Shown piece by piece: positions 31,690-40,391 of a stretch of DNA of 64,000 nt. The notes beneath the pieces were generated by a model. The model searched no databases. It was given only the letters and a program-made list of their open reading frames with translations, and was not told where the DNA came from. Origin of the DNA: Candidatus Latescibacterota bacterium (GTDB taxonomy: Bacteria > Latescibacterota > UBA2968 > UBA8231); assembly GCA_965223905.1 (NCBI GenBank), contig CBDCXV010000010.1, positions 1,312,001 to 1,376,000 of the forward strand, in the 5' to 3' direction. Position 1 is the first letter of the stretch; every line of letters starts with the position of its first letter. The position numbers were made by a program, and so were the translations under genes.

Positions 31690-32667
31690 GTGAAAGGATT
31701 CGAATTGTCAGAGAGGTTCTTCCGGGAGATTGGGCTTCCCACCATTGAGCAACGATTGCCCGGGTGTGTCCCGAGACTGGCAGTGGGCGTTAGTGGAGGC
31801 TCGCAAGCGCACAAGAACGACGATGCAGTGTCTCGCGATCACGGTTGGGGGCCGAGATTCACGGTGTGGTTTGCCAAAGACGATTTCGATGATCACAGTG
31901 AGCGTCTACAGGAAGTGCTGGACACGCTGCCCAATGAGTATGAGGGATTTCGATGGGAGGATCCACGGGCCAGGACCTGTGGTGTAATCGAAATCGGTAG
32001 CTATATAGAATCTGCAGTTGGATTCTCAGAACCACCCGAGTCGCCCATGGACTGGTTGCGAATACCCGAGTCGTACCTATTCGAGTTGACTCCGAGCAGG
32101 CTCTATCACGATGGGCCTGGCATTGTCAGTGCTCGCTTCCGAGCGTTCTCCACATACCCTGATGATGTCTGGAAGCAGCGAATGGGGGCTTGCCTTTCCT
32201 GGCTCTGGGAGTGGGGACGAAAGCATCTCTTCAGGGCGGAAACTCGAGGAGACCACGTGAGTGCGTCTTGCTATTGGGCAAGATTTGCTGAGTACGCAAT
32301 GAAGGTTGGTTTTCTGATGAGTCATCGTCATGCACCCTACCACAAATGGTTGTGGAGAGAGTTCAGGAAGTTGGGTGCCATTGCCGACCAAGTTTCTCCT
32401 TTGCTTGAGGAGGGGTTCGAGAAGGTGGAAGGCAGACGAGAACTCGTTGACCGCATAGAGATGATCTATATGGAGATGCTTCAGCAGCTTGGCTTTTCAC
32501 CAGCGGTCCAAGCAGCCACTAGAAGATTGGCCTATCCAGACAATGAACTGCTTCGATATGCCCAGAGTGTTCGTAACGCCATTGAGACTCCAGAAATCAA
32601 GAAACTGCACTTGAGAGAAGAGCTTGTCTATCCAGCAACTAAGGCCGCGTGGACATGGCTACGATAG
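31690..32667 (+). CDS. DUF4037 domain-containing nucleotidyltransferase-like protein (cassette)
   Basis: GFELSERFF, DAVSRDHGWGP, YPDDV, APYHKW; GTG after GGAGG. Confidence 0.8.
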   Translation: MKGFELSERFFREIGLPTIEQRLPGCVPRLAVGVSGGSQAHKNDDAVSRDHGWGPRFTVWFAKDDFDDHSERLQEVLDTLPNEYEGFRWEDPRARTCGVIEIGSYIESAVGFSEPPESPMDWLRIPESYLFELTPSRLYHDGPGIVSARFRAFSTYPDDVWKQRMGACLSWLWEWGRKHLFRAETRGDHVSASCYWARFAEYAMKVGFLMSHRHAPYHKWLWREFRKLGAIADQVSPLLEEGFEKVEGRRELVDRIEMIYMEMLQQLGFSPAVQAATRRLAYPDNELLRYAQSVRNAIETPEIKKLHLREELVYPATKAAWTWLR

Positions 32668-32686
32668 GGACGATCTGGTAGACAGC

Positions 32687-32768
32687 ACCTAACACCGTGC
32701 CCCCGGCTTCGGGCCGTTCGGCCCTTCGCCCAACCGCTGCGCGGTTCGGGGGCACTGAGACGTTAAGA
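32687..32768 (+). repeat. attC-like site 11
   Basis: ACCTAAC-ACC-GTGCCCCCG/CGGGGGCAC-TGAGAC-GTTAAGA. Confidence 0.92.
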
Positions 32769-32802
32769 GAAATGTTTTAAGAGACGAGTAGGAGTTTCAG
32801 GT

Positions 32803-33513
32803 TTGAGACCAGTTCTTCTGTTTGACCTTGGCGACACCCTTGTGCAGTACTATCGCAGGGAAGAGTTTCCTCCTTTGCTGCGGGCAGGAATTCACGCAGC
32901 CAAAGAGGCACTGGAGCGTTCGGGACACGATTTGCCTTCGGATTCTGAGATCGAGCGCGGTGTCGCGACTGAGAACTACGAAGCCAAAAACAGTCGCGTT
33001 CGCCCACTCCACAAGAGGCTTGGTCGTATCTTTGCGGTCGCACCTTGCGTTTCGGAGGAAGAGTGGCTGCCGATCTGTCGTGCCTTCCTCACGCCAATCA
33101 TTTCTATTGCCAAGATCTATGAAGACACTCTTCCGGCTCTAGATGCGCATCTGGCGGATGGCTGCCGCGTAGGAATCCTGTCGAACTGTCCTTGGGGTTC
33201 ACCGAGCGAGCCCTGGTTTGAAGAACTGCGGCGACATGGCCTTTCGACGCGATGCGAGGTGGCTATCTTTTGTTCGGATGTAGGGTGGCGGAAGCCCGCC
33301 CAACCTATGTTTCGCCGGGCATTGGATCATTTTGGATGCAAACCAGAGGAATGCCTGTTTGTCGGAGATAATGCAAGGTGGGACATTATGGGTGCGAGAC
33401 GAGCGAATATGATTTCCGTGCTCATCGACCGAATCGGTCACGTGGATGTGAGTTCGGGACTTGTTATCCGATCTTTGCTTGATCTAAAGCCCGTCCTCGA
33501 ACGATTGGATTGA
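32803..33513 (+). CDS. HAD family hydrolase (cassette)
   Basis: FDLGDTL, LSN, RKP, FVGD..WDIMGA. Confidence 0.88.
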   Translation: MRPVLLFDLGDTLVQYYRREEFPPLLRAGIHAAKEALERSGHDLPSDSEIERGVATENYEAKNSRVRPLHKRLGRIFAVAPCVSEEEWLPICRAFLTPIISIAKIYEDTLPALDAHLADGCRVGILSNCPWGSPSEPWFEELRRHGLSTRCEVAIFCSDVGWRKPAQPMFRRALDHFGCKPEECLFVGDNARWDIMGARRANMISVLIDRIGHVDVSSGLVIRSLLDLKPVLERLD

Positions 33514-33545
33514 ACGCACTTCAACGATTGGATTGAACGCACTTC
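33500..33545 (+). repeat. Perfect 23-bp tandem duplication
   Basis: AACGATTGGATTGAACGCACTTC x2. Confidence 0.95.
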
Positions 33546-33628
33546 TCTTAACACGACCGGGCCCGGCTACGGGCCATACGGCCCTTCGCCCGACCGCTTC
33601 GCGGTTCGAGCACGGCGAAAGGTTATAT
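33546..33628 (+). repeat. attC-like site 12
   Basis: TCTTAAC...GGGCCATACGGCCC..ACCGCTTCGCGGT...GTTATAT. Confidence 0.88.
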
Positions 33629-33653
33629 GACATGAGTAACAGGTGAGCGTGAG

Positions 33654-34730
33654 ATGAGATCGTCGATTCTTCCAATCTTACTCGTGTTTGCTCATATCAC
33701 GGCCAGCGAAGGAGGTGAGCCAATGTTTAGCGTAACCGTTGATCCGCGGATAGAGCTGCTGTCCGTTGTGGGAGTATTGGCCGACCACCAGGGCATGACG
33801 AACTACGACATCCAGTATAGGCAAGAAATCCTAAATCGCTTTTCCAATCACAGGAATCACAACGCCGTCACGTTTCTACGCCGTGTCATGGATAGGGCAC
33901 TTGCATCCGATGCATACGCGACCGTTATGATCCATTTGTCGCAGCCTCCCGCATTAAAGTTTGAGAGTCCGATCAACGACGACGCGATGGAGGACTATGT
34001 CACCCGAGCGTTTGGTGGCGACATTAATATCATTGCATTTGTCGAGACGCTCCGTGACTTCGTCAAGGATTCAGATTTCATCGAGTTTTACAGCTCCCAA
34101 TCACGTTTCTATCAATCTTTGAGATCAGATGCTTTGGACAAGCTTGGTAGCACAGATTATATGAATACGCTTGAACAATACGTTGGCGATAAGCAGGAAA
34201 ACTATCACATCATTCTCGGGCCCCTGCTCCATCACGGCGGTTTTGGACCCCGGATCGTAGGCGACAAGGGCGTGACTGATCTCTTCAGTATCATCGGCCC
34301 GGTGGGCGAGGATGAGGGGGTTCCCGACTTTGGAGACCGAGCTAGACTTCAAGACGTTCTTTGGCACGAGTTTGCACATTCATTTGTCGATCCCATAACC
34401 GCCGATCACCTGATGAGCGTTAATGAATATTCGTCCCTGTATATACCTATTGCAGAACAAATGGCGAGCGCTGGCGGCTACATGAACTGGCAAACCTGCG
34501 TCAACGAACACATAATCAGAGCCATTACATGTCGATTGTTCCACTCTGAGATGGGGACGGAGGCTGGAGAGCAGGCCCTTGCGGCCGAGAGGGAGCGAGG
34601 CTTTCGTTACATCGACGCCATCCATTCAAGGTTGTTGGAGTATGAGGGTAATAGGTCGACGTATAGCACGCTCAGGAGTTTCTATCCTGAGATCGTCGCT
34701 GCGTTTGCACAGATTGCAAGCGAGAATTGA
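33654..34730 (+). CDS. DUF4932-like protein with HExxH motif (cassette)
   Basis: VDPRIELLSVV, HEFAHSFV, NEHIIRA. Confidence 0.8.
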   Translation: MRSSILPILLVFAHITASEGGEPMFSVTVDPRIELLSVVGVLADHQGMTNYDIQYRQEILNRFSNHRNHNAVTFLRRVMDRALASDAYATVMIHLSQPPALKFESPINDDAMEDYVTRAFGGDINIIAFVETLRDFVKDSDFIEFYSSQSRFYQSLRSDALDKLGSTDYMNTLEQYVGDKQENYHIILGPLLHHGGFGPRIVGDKGVTDLFSIIGPVGEDEGVPDFGDRARLQDVLWHEFAHSFVDPITADHLMSVNEYSSLYIPIAEQMASAGGYMNWQTCVNEHIIRAITCRLFHSEMGTEAGEQALAAERERGFRYIDAIHSRLLEYEGNRSTYSTLRSFYPEIVAAFAQIASEN

Positions 34731-34760
34731 AAACGGAAGTTCCGCAAGAGGACCCACGTC

Positions 34761-34845
34761 ATATAACACGTCCGTGCCCGGCTTCGGCGCTGAGGCGCCT
34801 TCCCGCAACCGCATTCGCGGTTCGGGCACGGCGAAAACGATATCT
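34761..34845 (+). repeat. attC-like site 13 (ends in non-canonical GATATCT)
   Basis: ATATAAC..CCGTGCCCG/CGGGCACGG..GATATCT. Confidence 0.88.
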
Positions 34846-35168
34846 GAAATAGGAAAAGAAAAACAGAGCCTATTCAGTATATCTCCAGCCATTGGGAGAA
34901 TACTGCGTTTTCGCAGTACAATCACTAGTTATAGAGCCAGGAGAAGAAACCAGCGATTGTGACCAATGAAGCTGACAGGCGGCAGGACGAATAGCACCGG
35001 GAGCGGAGGAGATGCTCGCCTTGAGGTCGGATCAACTGGCAGGATCGGAAAAGCCAAACATTGGAATCAACAAGAACTGCTGATGAGCCGGCGGCAGTAA
35101 CTTCCGCATTCGCGTCACACCACAAGAGGGTCGCCTTTGCGCCTTCAGAATCGAAAAGGAGCCCACCC

Positions 35169-35876
35169 ATGGAACGGATTTTCTCAAATCTCTACCGCAT
35201 CGGAGGCGAGCCCCACGAGCGCGGGCAGTCGCATTCCTACCTCCTCGTGAGAAAGACGGGCAATCTGTTCATCTGCCACCAGAGCGTCCCGACGTCGGCG
35301 GACGTGAAGGAGATCAAGCAGCTCGGCGGGGTTGCGAGTCAATTTGTCTGCCACCATTGGGACGCGAACCGGAAGGGCGGACACGACGGGCTCTTCAAGA
35401 CGTTCGGCTGCGCGCTTCACCTTCACAGGGCGGATCGCGCCGCCGCGCGAGGCAAGACGAAGTTCACGCTCGACACGTTCGACGACGCGGGGCTGACGCT
35501 GGACAAGGATTTCGAGGCCATCTACATGCCGACGTGCACGCGCGGCCATACGGTCTTCCGGTGGCGCAACCGTGGGAAGTACCACCTGTTCTCAAGTCAC
35601 GCTATCTACCTTCTCGAGGACGGATGGCGTCTCAGCTTGAACCGCCACGAAGGCAAGCTTTGGGGGCCAGGTTGTAGGATTTGGCAGGCGCAAGCCATAC
35701 GACCGGCGCTCGCCAAGTTGAAGGGCCTCCAGGTGGATCACATATTTCCGGGTTACACGCAGGTGGGTGACGACACCTTCTACCGGTTAGACGACCGCAA
35801 GAGGCGGGCGCTGACCCGCGCCCTGAAGGCGGAGCTCATGACCGCCGATCATCTGTTGGATTCTCGGCAGCTATGA
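35169..35876 (+). CDS. Metallo-beta-lactamase-fold-like protein (cassette)
   Basis: HSYLLVRKTGNL, CHHWD, LHRAD, TRGH, IFPG. Confidence 0.65.
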   Translation: MERIFSNLYRIGGEPHERGQSHSYLLVRKTGNLFICHQSVPTSADVKEIKQLGGVASQFVCHHWDANRKGGHDGLFKTFGCALHLHRADRAAARGKTKFTLDTFDDAGLTLDKDFEAIYMPTCTRGHTVFRWRNRGKYHLFSSHAIYLLEDGWRLSLNRHEGKLWGPGCRIWQAQAIRPALAKLKGLQVDHIFPGYTQVGDDTFYRLDDRKRRALTRALKAELMTADHLLDSRQL

Positions 35877-35945
35877 GGCAGGCTTAGAGAAAGAGAACCT
35901 CACAGACAACAGATTACCAGACGACCTCTCGTTGAAGCTTAGGAA

Positions 35946-36035
35946 GTATATCACAGAAATTCCCACTGCGCGCCATTCGGCGCTTGGCCTTCGGCAACCT
36001 ACTCCGTGGGTTCGCAAACCGGCATTACGTTACCT
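35946..36035 (+). repeat. attC-like site 14 (starts GTATATC; arms poorly paired)
   Basis: Left part resembles site 4; right arm CGCAAACCGG resembles sites 7 and 9; ends GTTACCT. Confidence 0.8.
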
Positions 36036-36064
36036 GCCATGGCAGTGCCCATAAGGAGAGACAC

Positions 36065-37198
36065 ATGAAGTCCCTGACATCCATCATCGCCGCCTCAATC
36101 CTCCTCCTCTCGCCCATCCTCGCCCACCACGAACGAGCAGAACCCCCGGAGGGAGCCGTGGCCCGAACCGTCCTGCCAGACGTCAAGATGCCGATCATGA
36201 ACGAGCACTCCCGTTCCACCCTCGTCTGCGCGATGTACGCACTGCTGCCGGCTCTCGGGCAACAGGGCTGGTCGATCCCTCGACTGGAAGCGCTGACGGG
36301 ATACGCCTTCTACTTCCAGATGCGGGAGGGGGGCGAGTCGGTCTTCGACGACGATCTCGATTGGGGCCTGGCCATGCACGTCCTCGACATCTTTGGTCAG
36401 GCGAAAGTCTATGATGCGGACAAGAACTCGGACGTTGATCTCCCTGCGCTCAAGGCCGAAGCGCGAGACGCAGTCGTCGCCAGCCTGGAGAACGGACTCC
36501 CCAGCCTCGTTTGGGCGCCACGAAGCCTGGAGCAGAGGGGCAAGGTCCATTTCGCTTGCTGGGGCCTCATCGTCGGCTACAACGCGGCAGACGGAACCTA
36601 CATGATCCGCCAACCGGCCGAGAAGCTCGACTACCCGGTCCGCTTTGACGCCATCGGGTTCGCCGATCCGAGCGATTGGTTCCGCGTCGACACCTTCAAG
36701 CCGAAAGAACTTGACGACAACGCTCTGCACCTCACCTCACTCCGCAATGCCGTCGCCTTCGCGAACGGCACTCGCTACGACAACCCCCAGGTCGTCGAGG
36801 CCGCCCTCGTGCATCCCCCGAAAAACCCCTATGGATTCGCCGCCTACGAGCTCTGGCAGGAAGCGTTCGAATCTGACGTAAATCTGAACGCCACGTTCTT
36901 CCACACAGAAACCCTGAAACCGCGTAGAGAGGCCGCGGCCGCCTACCTGCGGGAGCTCACCTATGCCTATCCGGCCGCCGCCAATCCGCTGGAAGCAGCA
37001 GCTGTTCACTATGATCGAGAGGTCGAATCCATCACCGCAATCTCCGACCTGTGCGTTGCCGCCACCAAGCACGAGCCCAAGGCCTTCACCCCCGACGAGC
37101 GCGCCGAAATCCGCCCCCTCATCGCCCAAGCGTTGAAGGCCGACCGGGCCGCCGTGGCGCAGATCGAAGCCGCGCTCAAGATTCTGGAGACGCCGTGA
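36065..37198 (+). CDS. Hypothetical secreted protein (cassette)
   Basis: AAGGAG RBS, signal peptide, WGLIVGY motif. Confidence 0.75.
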   Translation: MKSLTSIIAASILLLSPILAHHERAEPPEGAVARTVLPDVKMPIMNEHSRSTLVCAMYALLPALGQQGWSIPRLEALTGYAFYFQMREGGESVFDDDLDWGLAMHVLDIFGQAKVYDADKNSDVDLPALKAEARDAVVASLENGLPSLVWAPRSLEQRGKVHFACWGLIVGYNAADGTYMIRQPAEKLDYPVRFDAIGFADPSDWFRVDTFKPKELDDNALHLTSLRNAVAFANGTRYDNPQVVEAALVHPPKNPYGFAAYELWQEAFESDVNLNATFFHTETLKPRREAAAAYLRELTYAYPAAANPLEAAAVHYDREVESITAISDLCVAATKHEPKAFTPDERAEIRPLIAQALKADRAAVAQIEAALKILETP

Positions 37199-37283
37199 GG
37201 CAGGCTCAGCGTGCTCTTGACCGGGGCCCATCGTGAGGGGGGGAGTACGCTGTTTCTTTGCCGATTCTCAAACTGCCACAGGC

Positions 37284-37367
37284 AGGTAACACGTCCGTGC
37301 CCGGCTTCGGGCTTACGCCCTTCGCGCAACCGCTTTCGCGGTTCGGGGGACGGCGAAGACGTTAAGT
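37284..37367 (+). repeat. attC-like site 15
   Basis: AGGTAAC-ACGTCCGTGCCCG...ACGGCGAAGAC-GTTAAGT. Confidence 0.9.
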
Positions 37368-37408
37368 GGCATGCGCACGATAAGTCCGACCTGGTTTAGA
37401 GGTCATGG

Positions 37409-37978
37409 ATGAATCGGCACTTTGTCGTCTCGATAAACTCGGTCTCGGGAGGAGGGAAAACCGCTTTGGCGACCGCCTTGCATCGCTCACTGCCCCAATC
37501 AGCTCTGTTTTGCTTCGACGATTTCGATGACTCCAACGTTTATCCAGAGGACTTCTATGAGTGGAGCCGCCGAGGGGCCGATATAACGGAATTTGACTGT
37601 CCTGGGATGAGAAACGCGGTCGACCAAGAAATTCAAAGGGGTACGGCGAAACAGATAATCCTTGATTTCCCGTTTGGACGCCGCCACCCTCGATTCGCTG
37701 ACATCATCGATCTCGACGTGTTCATCGATACTCCCCTTGACGTAGCTATGGCACGTCGAATCTTGAGAGACCATTCCGGCGATAGCCAGAAATCCGCAGA
37801 AGAAGCATTGAAGGATCTACTGGATGGATTGACCCACTATCTGGAAAAGGCTCGACACCCGTTTTTGGATGCCCACAAAGCCAAGGACGTGAGTGATCTC
37901 ATTCTGGACGGATGGCGCAGTCTTGACGATCTGAAGACCGAGGTTCTGGTTCGGATAGATTCGGGCCAGAAATCGTAG
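37409..37978 (+). CDS. Uridine kinase-like P-loop protein (cassette whose own att site is lost)
   Basis: SVSGGGKT, FDDF, FIDTPLDVAMARRILRD. Confidence 0.8.
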   Translation: MNRHFVVSINSVSGGGKTALATALHRSLPQSALFCFDDFDDSNVYPEDFYEWSRRGADITEFDCPGMRNAVDQEIQRGTAKQIILDFPFGRRHPRFADIIDLDVFIDTPLDVAMARRILRDHSGDSQKSAEEALKDLLDGLTHYLEKARHPFLDAHKAKDVSDLILDGWRSLDDLKTEVLVRIDSGQKS

Positions 37979-38048
37979 ATCGATTCTGTGCGCGTCAGCA
38001 CCTTCGGGCGCGAACTGCACGTGGCGCCCTGAGTTCGAGAAAACACGC

Positions 38049-38858
38049 ATGAGCGACACGAAGACAACGGGGCTGAACGGGGATCAGGTTCGACGGTTCC
38101 TGGACGATGGCTTTTTCATCGTTCGGGAGCTGCTGCCCCGCGCGGCGATTCAGCCGCTCATCGATGAACTGAAGCAAAAAGCCGACGAGGCGGTGCACGC
38201 GGCAGTCGAACAAGGGGTGCTGGATCCGGCACACACGTTCAAACTGCGAACCTGGCCATCGCTCCTGGATGTTGTCGAATCCATAATCGGTCTCGAGATA
38301 CTGGCCCACCCGCAGTTCAATATCCGCACGAAGCTTCCGGATCAGGCAGAGACCGTCCTTCCCTGGCATCAGGACCTGGCCTTTGTGGACTCGGAAGAAG
38401 CAGGGGATACCTTGCTGGTTAACTGCTGGATTCCTCTTGTCGATGCCCGGGCCGGGAACGGCTGCATGCAGATGATGCGCGGCACGCACGGACTGCCGCT
38501 GTTGCCCCACGACCTGCGGGTTCCTCTGCCCGGCGGCAAACACTGCGTGGGCATTGACGATCGGGACCTCCCCGACTGCGAGGTCGTGACGGGCGAGCTG
38601 AATGCGGGGGATGTTCTGTTGACGACCGAACGTGTCCTGCATCGATCGCTGCCGAACGTATCCGAAACCGTCCGCTGGAGCGTCGACACCCGATACACCG
38701 CTCTGGGACTGCCGACCGGTCGTGCTGACGTTCCTGGCTTTGTCGCCCGCAGCAGCAATCATCCAGACCGCGTCGCGCGATCGGCCCAAGATTGGAACGA
38801 GAGGGTAGAAGCCGGTTTGTGGCAGGAGCGGAGAGATTTGCTTGCGACAGGTAATTAA
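38049..38858 (+). CDS. Phytanoyl-CoA dioxygenase (PhyH) family protein
   Basis: WHQD, WIPL..NGCM, HRSLPN..RWS. Confidence 0.8.
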   Translation: MSDTKTTGLNGDQVRRFLDDGFFIVRELLPRAAIQPLIDELKQKADEAVHAAVEQGVLDPAHTFKLRTWPSLLDVVESIIGLEILAHPQFNIRTKLPDQAETVLPWHQDLAFVDSEEAGDTLLVNCWIPLVDARAGNGCMQMMRGTHGLPLLPHDLRVPLPGGKHCVGIDDRDLPDCEVVTGELNAGDVLLTTERVLHRSLPNVSETVRWSVDTRYTALGLPTGRADVPGFVARSSNHPDRVARSAQDWNERVEAGLWQERRDLLATGN

Positions 38859-38882
38859 TCCGCCACCCGATCCAACCATCCC

Positions 38883-39604
38883 ATGCGCATGTACACCTAC
38901 CTGCTGAAACTCCAACTGCTCAACGCACTGGCCTACCGCTTCGAGTATCTGTCTTCCATCGGGCGGAATCTGTTCTTCCTCCTCGGCTCTGCCTTCCTCT
39001 GGCGCACCGCGTATCGCGGGATCGACCAAGTCGCCGGAGTCACCGAGGCGCAGATGGTCACCTACGCCGTCGTCGCGCGGGGAGCTGGCTGGTGCCATGC
39101 TGCACGAGCCGGAAATCATGTTTCTCGACGAGCCCACGATGGGCATGGACATCGAGGTGAAAGCGGCGATCCGGACCTTCATCCGGGAAATCAACCGGCG
39201 CCGGCGCACCACCGTGCTGCACCACGCACGACCTGGACGACGTGGAGGAGCTCTGCGAGAGACTCATCGTCATCAACCAGGGACGCATCATCGAAGACGG
39301 GCCTCTGGCCGCGCTCATCGACTCGATCACCCCGCACCGCTATCTGATCGTCGAGTGCGATCCCGGAGCAGGCGAGCCGCTGGCTGGCTTCGCCCACGCC
39401 CACGCGGAGATCCTGGAACGGCGAGACAGAATCGTCCGCATCCGCTTTGCGAGGAGCCACGTGTCTGCGTCGGCGCTGATCTCGGAGCTGTCGGCCCGCT
39501 ACCCGGTGCGCGACGTGTCCGTCCAGGAGCCCGACATCGAGGACGTGATTCGCACGGTCTACGGGCGCGAGGTGGGGGTCGAGAGGCCAGGCGGTTCCAG
39601 CTGA
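38883..39604 (+). pseudogene. Fused remnants of an ABC-2 permease N-terminus and an ABC ATPase C-terminus
   Basis: ALAYRFEY..MVTY joined to LHEPEIMFLDEPT..HDLDDVEELCER..QEPDIEDVIR; frameshifts. Confidence 0.75.
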
Positions 39605-39724
39605 TCGATTCAGTCTGCCCGCTTTTATTGGTATTTTTCTACAAACACATGCCGCCGGACGCGAGCTGTCGTTCCGTTCTTCCCGAGTCTATCCGAGCTA
39701 TCCTGGAAATAGTCGGAAAGAGGT

Positions 39725-39809
39725 GGGTTCGCACTGCGGCGCTGATCGCGCCTGAGCCTGCGGCAACCCCTTGCCAAGCTCGGGGTTCGCAAACCGAAGA
39801 ACGTTTTGG
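39725..39809 (+). repeat. Degenerate attC-like site (left core lost)
   Basis: CTGCGGCGC..GCGCC..GGCAACCCCTTGCCAAGCTCGGGGTTCGCAAACC..GTTTTGG, similar to site 10. Confidence 0.78.
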
Positions 39810-39848
39810 AAATGCCGCATCGGAGTTGACACTGGCTGTGAGCAGCAC

Positions 39849-40391
39849 GTGATAGTTCGAATATCAGCGAAGCTCGGGAAGAAGATCGACCTGATCCCGG
39901 ACAGGATTCTTCCCTCCGGTCCCAATCCTTTCGCCGACTGGTCGGCGCACTTGTTTACGGCCGGCCGAATTCAGTATGTCCTGATTTCCAACACGGCATC
40001 CCTCTACTCCATGGTGATGTTTGGCAGAGGTGTGACCGATGATGGCCGCTTTTTGGATCGGATGACGAGCTGCATGGGTGAATTCCTTCGAGCAGATGAC
40101 CACGGATTCATTTGGGAGCGGTTAATCATACCATGGGTCGATCACGTGAGCTTTTCCAAGGCACTAAACCGATCCGTGACTGGTTCAATGAACGAGCTTG
40201 TCTTCCAAGCTCAACATCATCTAATCGGAGGTGCCATGTTGCCGTTGGATGTTTCGTTTCGCTTGAATGAAGTACCCCTATCGTGTTTGGAATACATCAC
40301 CCCAAGAGCCTCCTTTCAGCACCTTGTTGTCCAAGGTGGAGAAATATCACAGCTTCCCAAACCCAGCAATCCCGGGGGGCACATTCTATAA
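39849..40391 (+). CDS. Hypothetical protein, DUF6933-like (cassette)
   Basis: DWSAHLF..SNTASLYS..NRSVTGSMNE; stop codon lies inside CTATAAC. Confidence 0.65.
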   Translation: MIVRISAKLGKKIDLIPDRILPSGPNPFADWSAHLFTAGRIQYVLISNTASLYSMVMFGRGVTDDGRFLDRMTSCMGEFLRADDHGFIWERLIIPWVDHVSFSKALNRSVTGSMNELVFQAQHHLIGGAMLPLDVSFRLNEVPLSCLEYITPRASFQHLVVQGGEISQLPKPSNPGGHIL

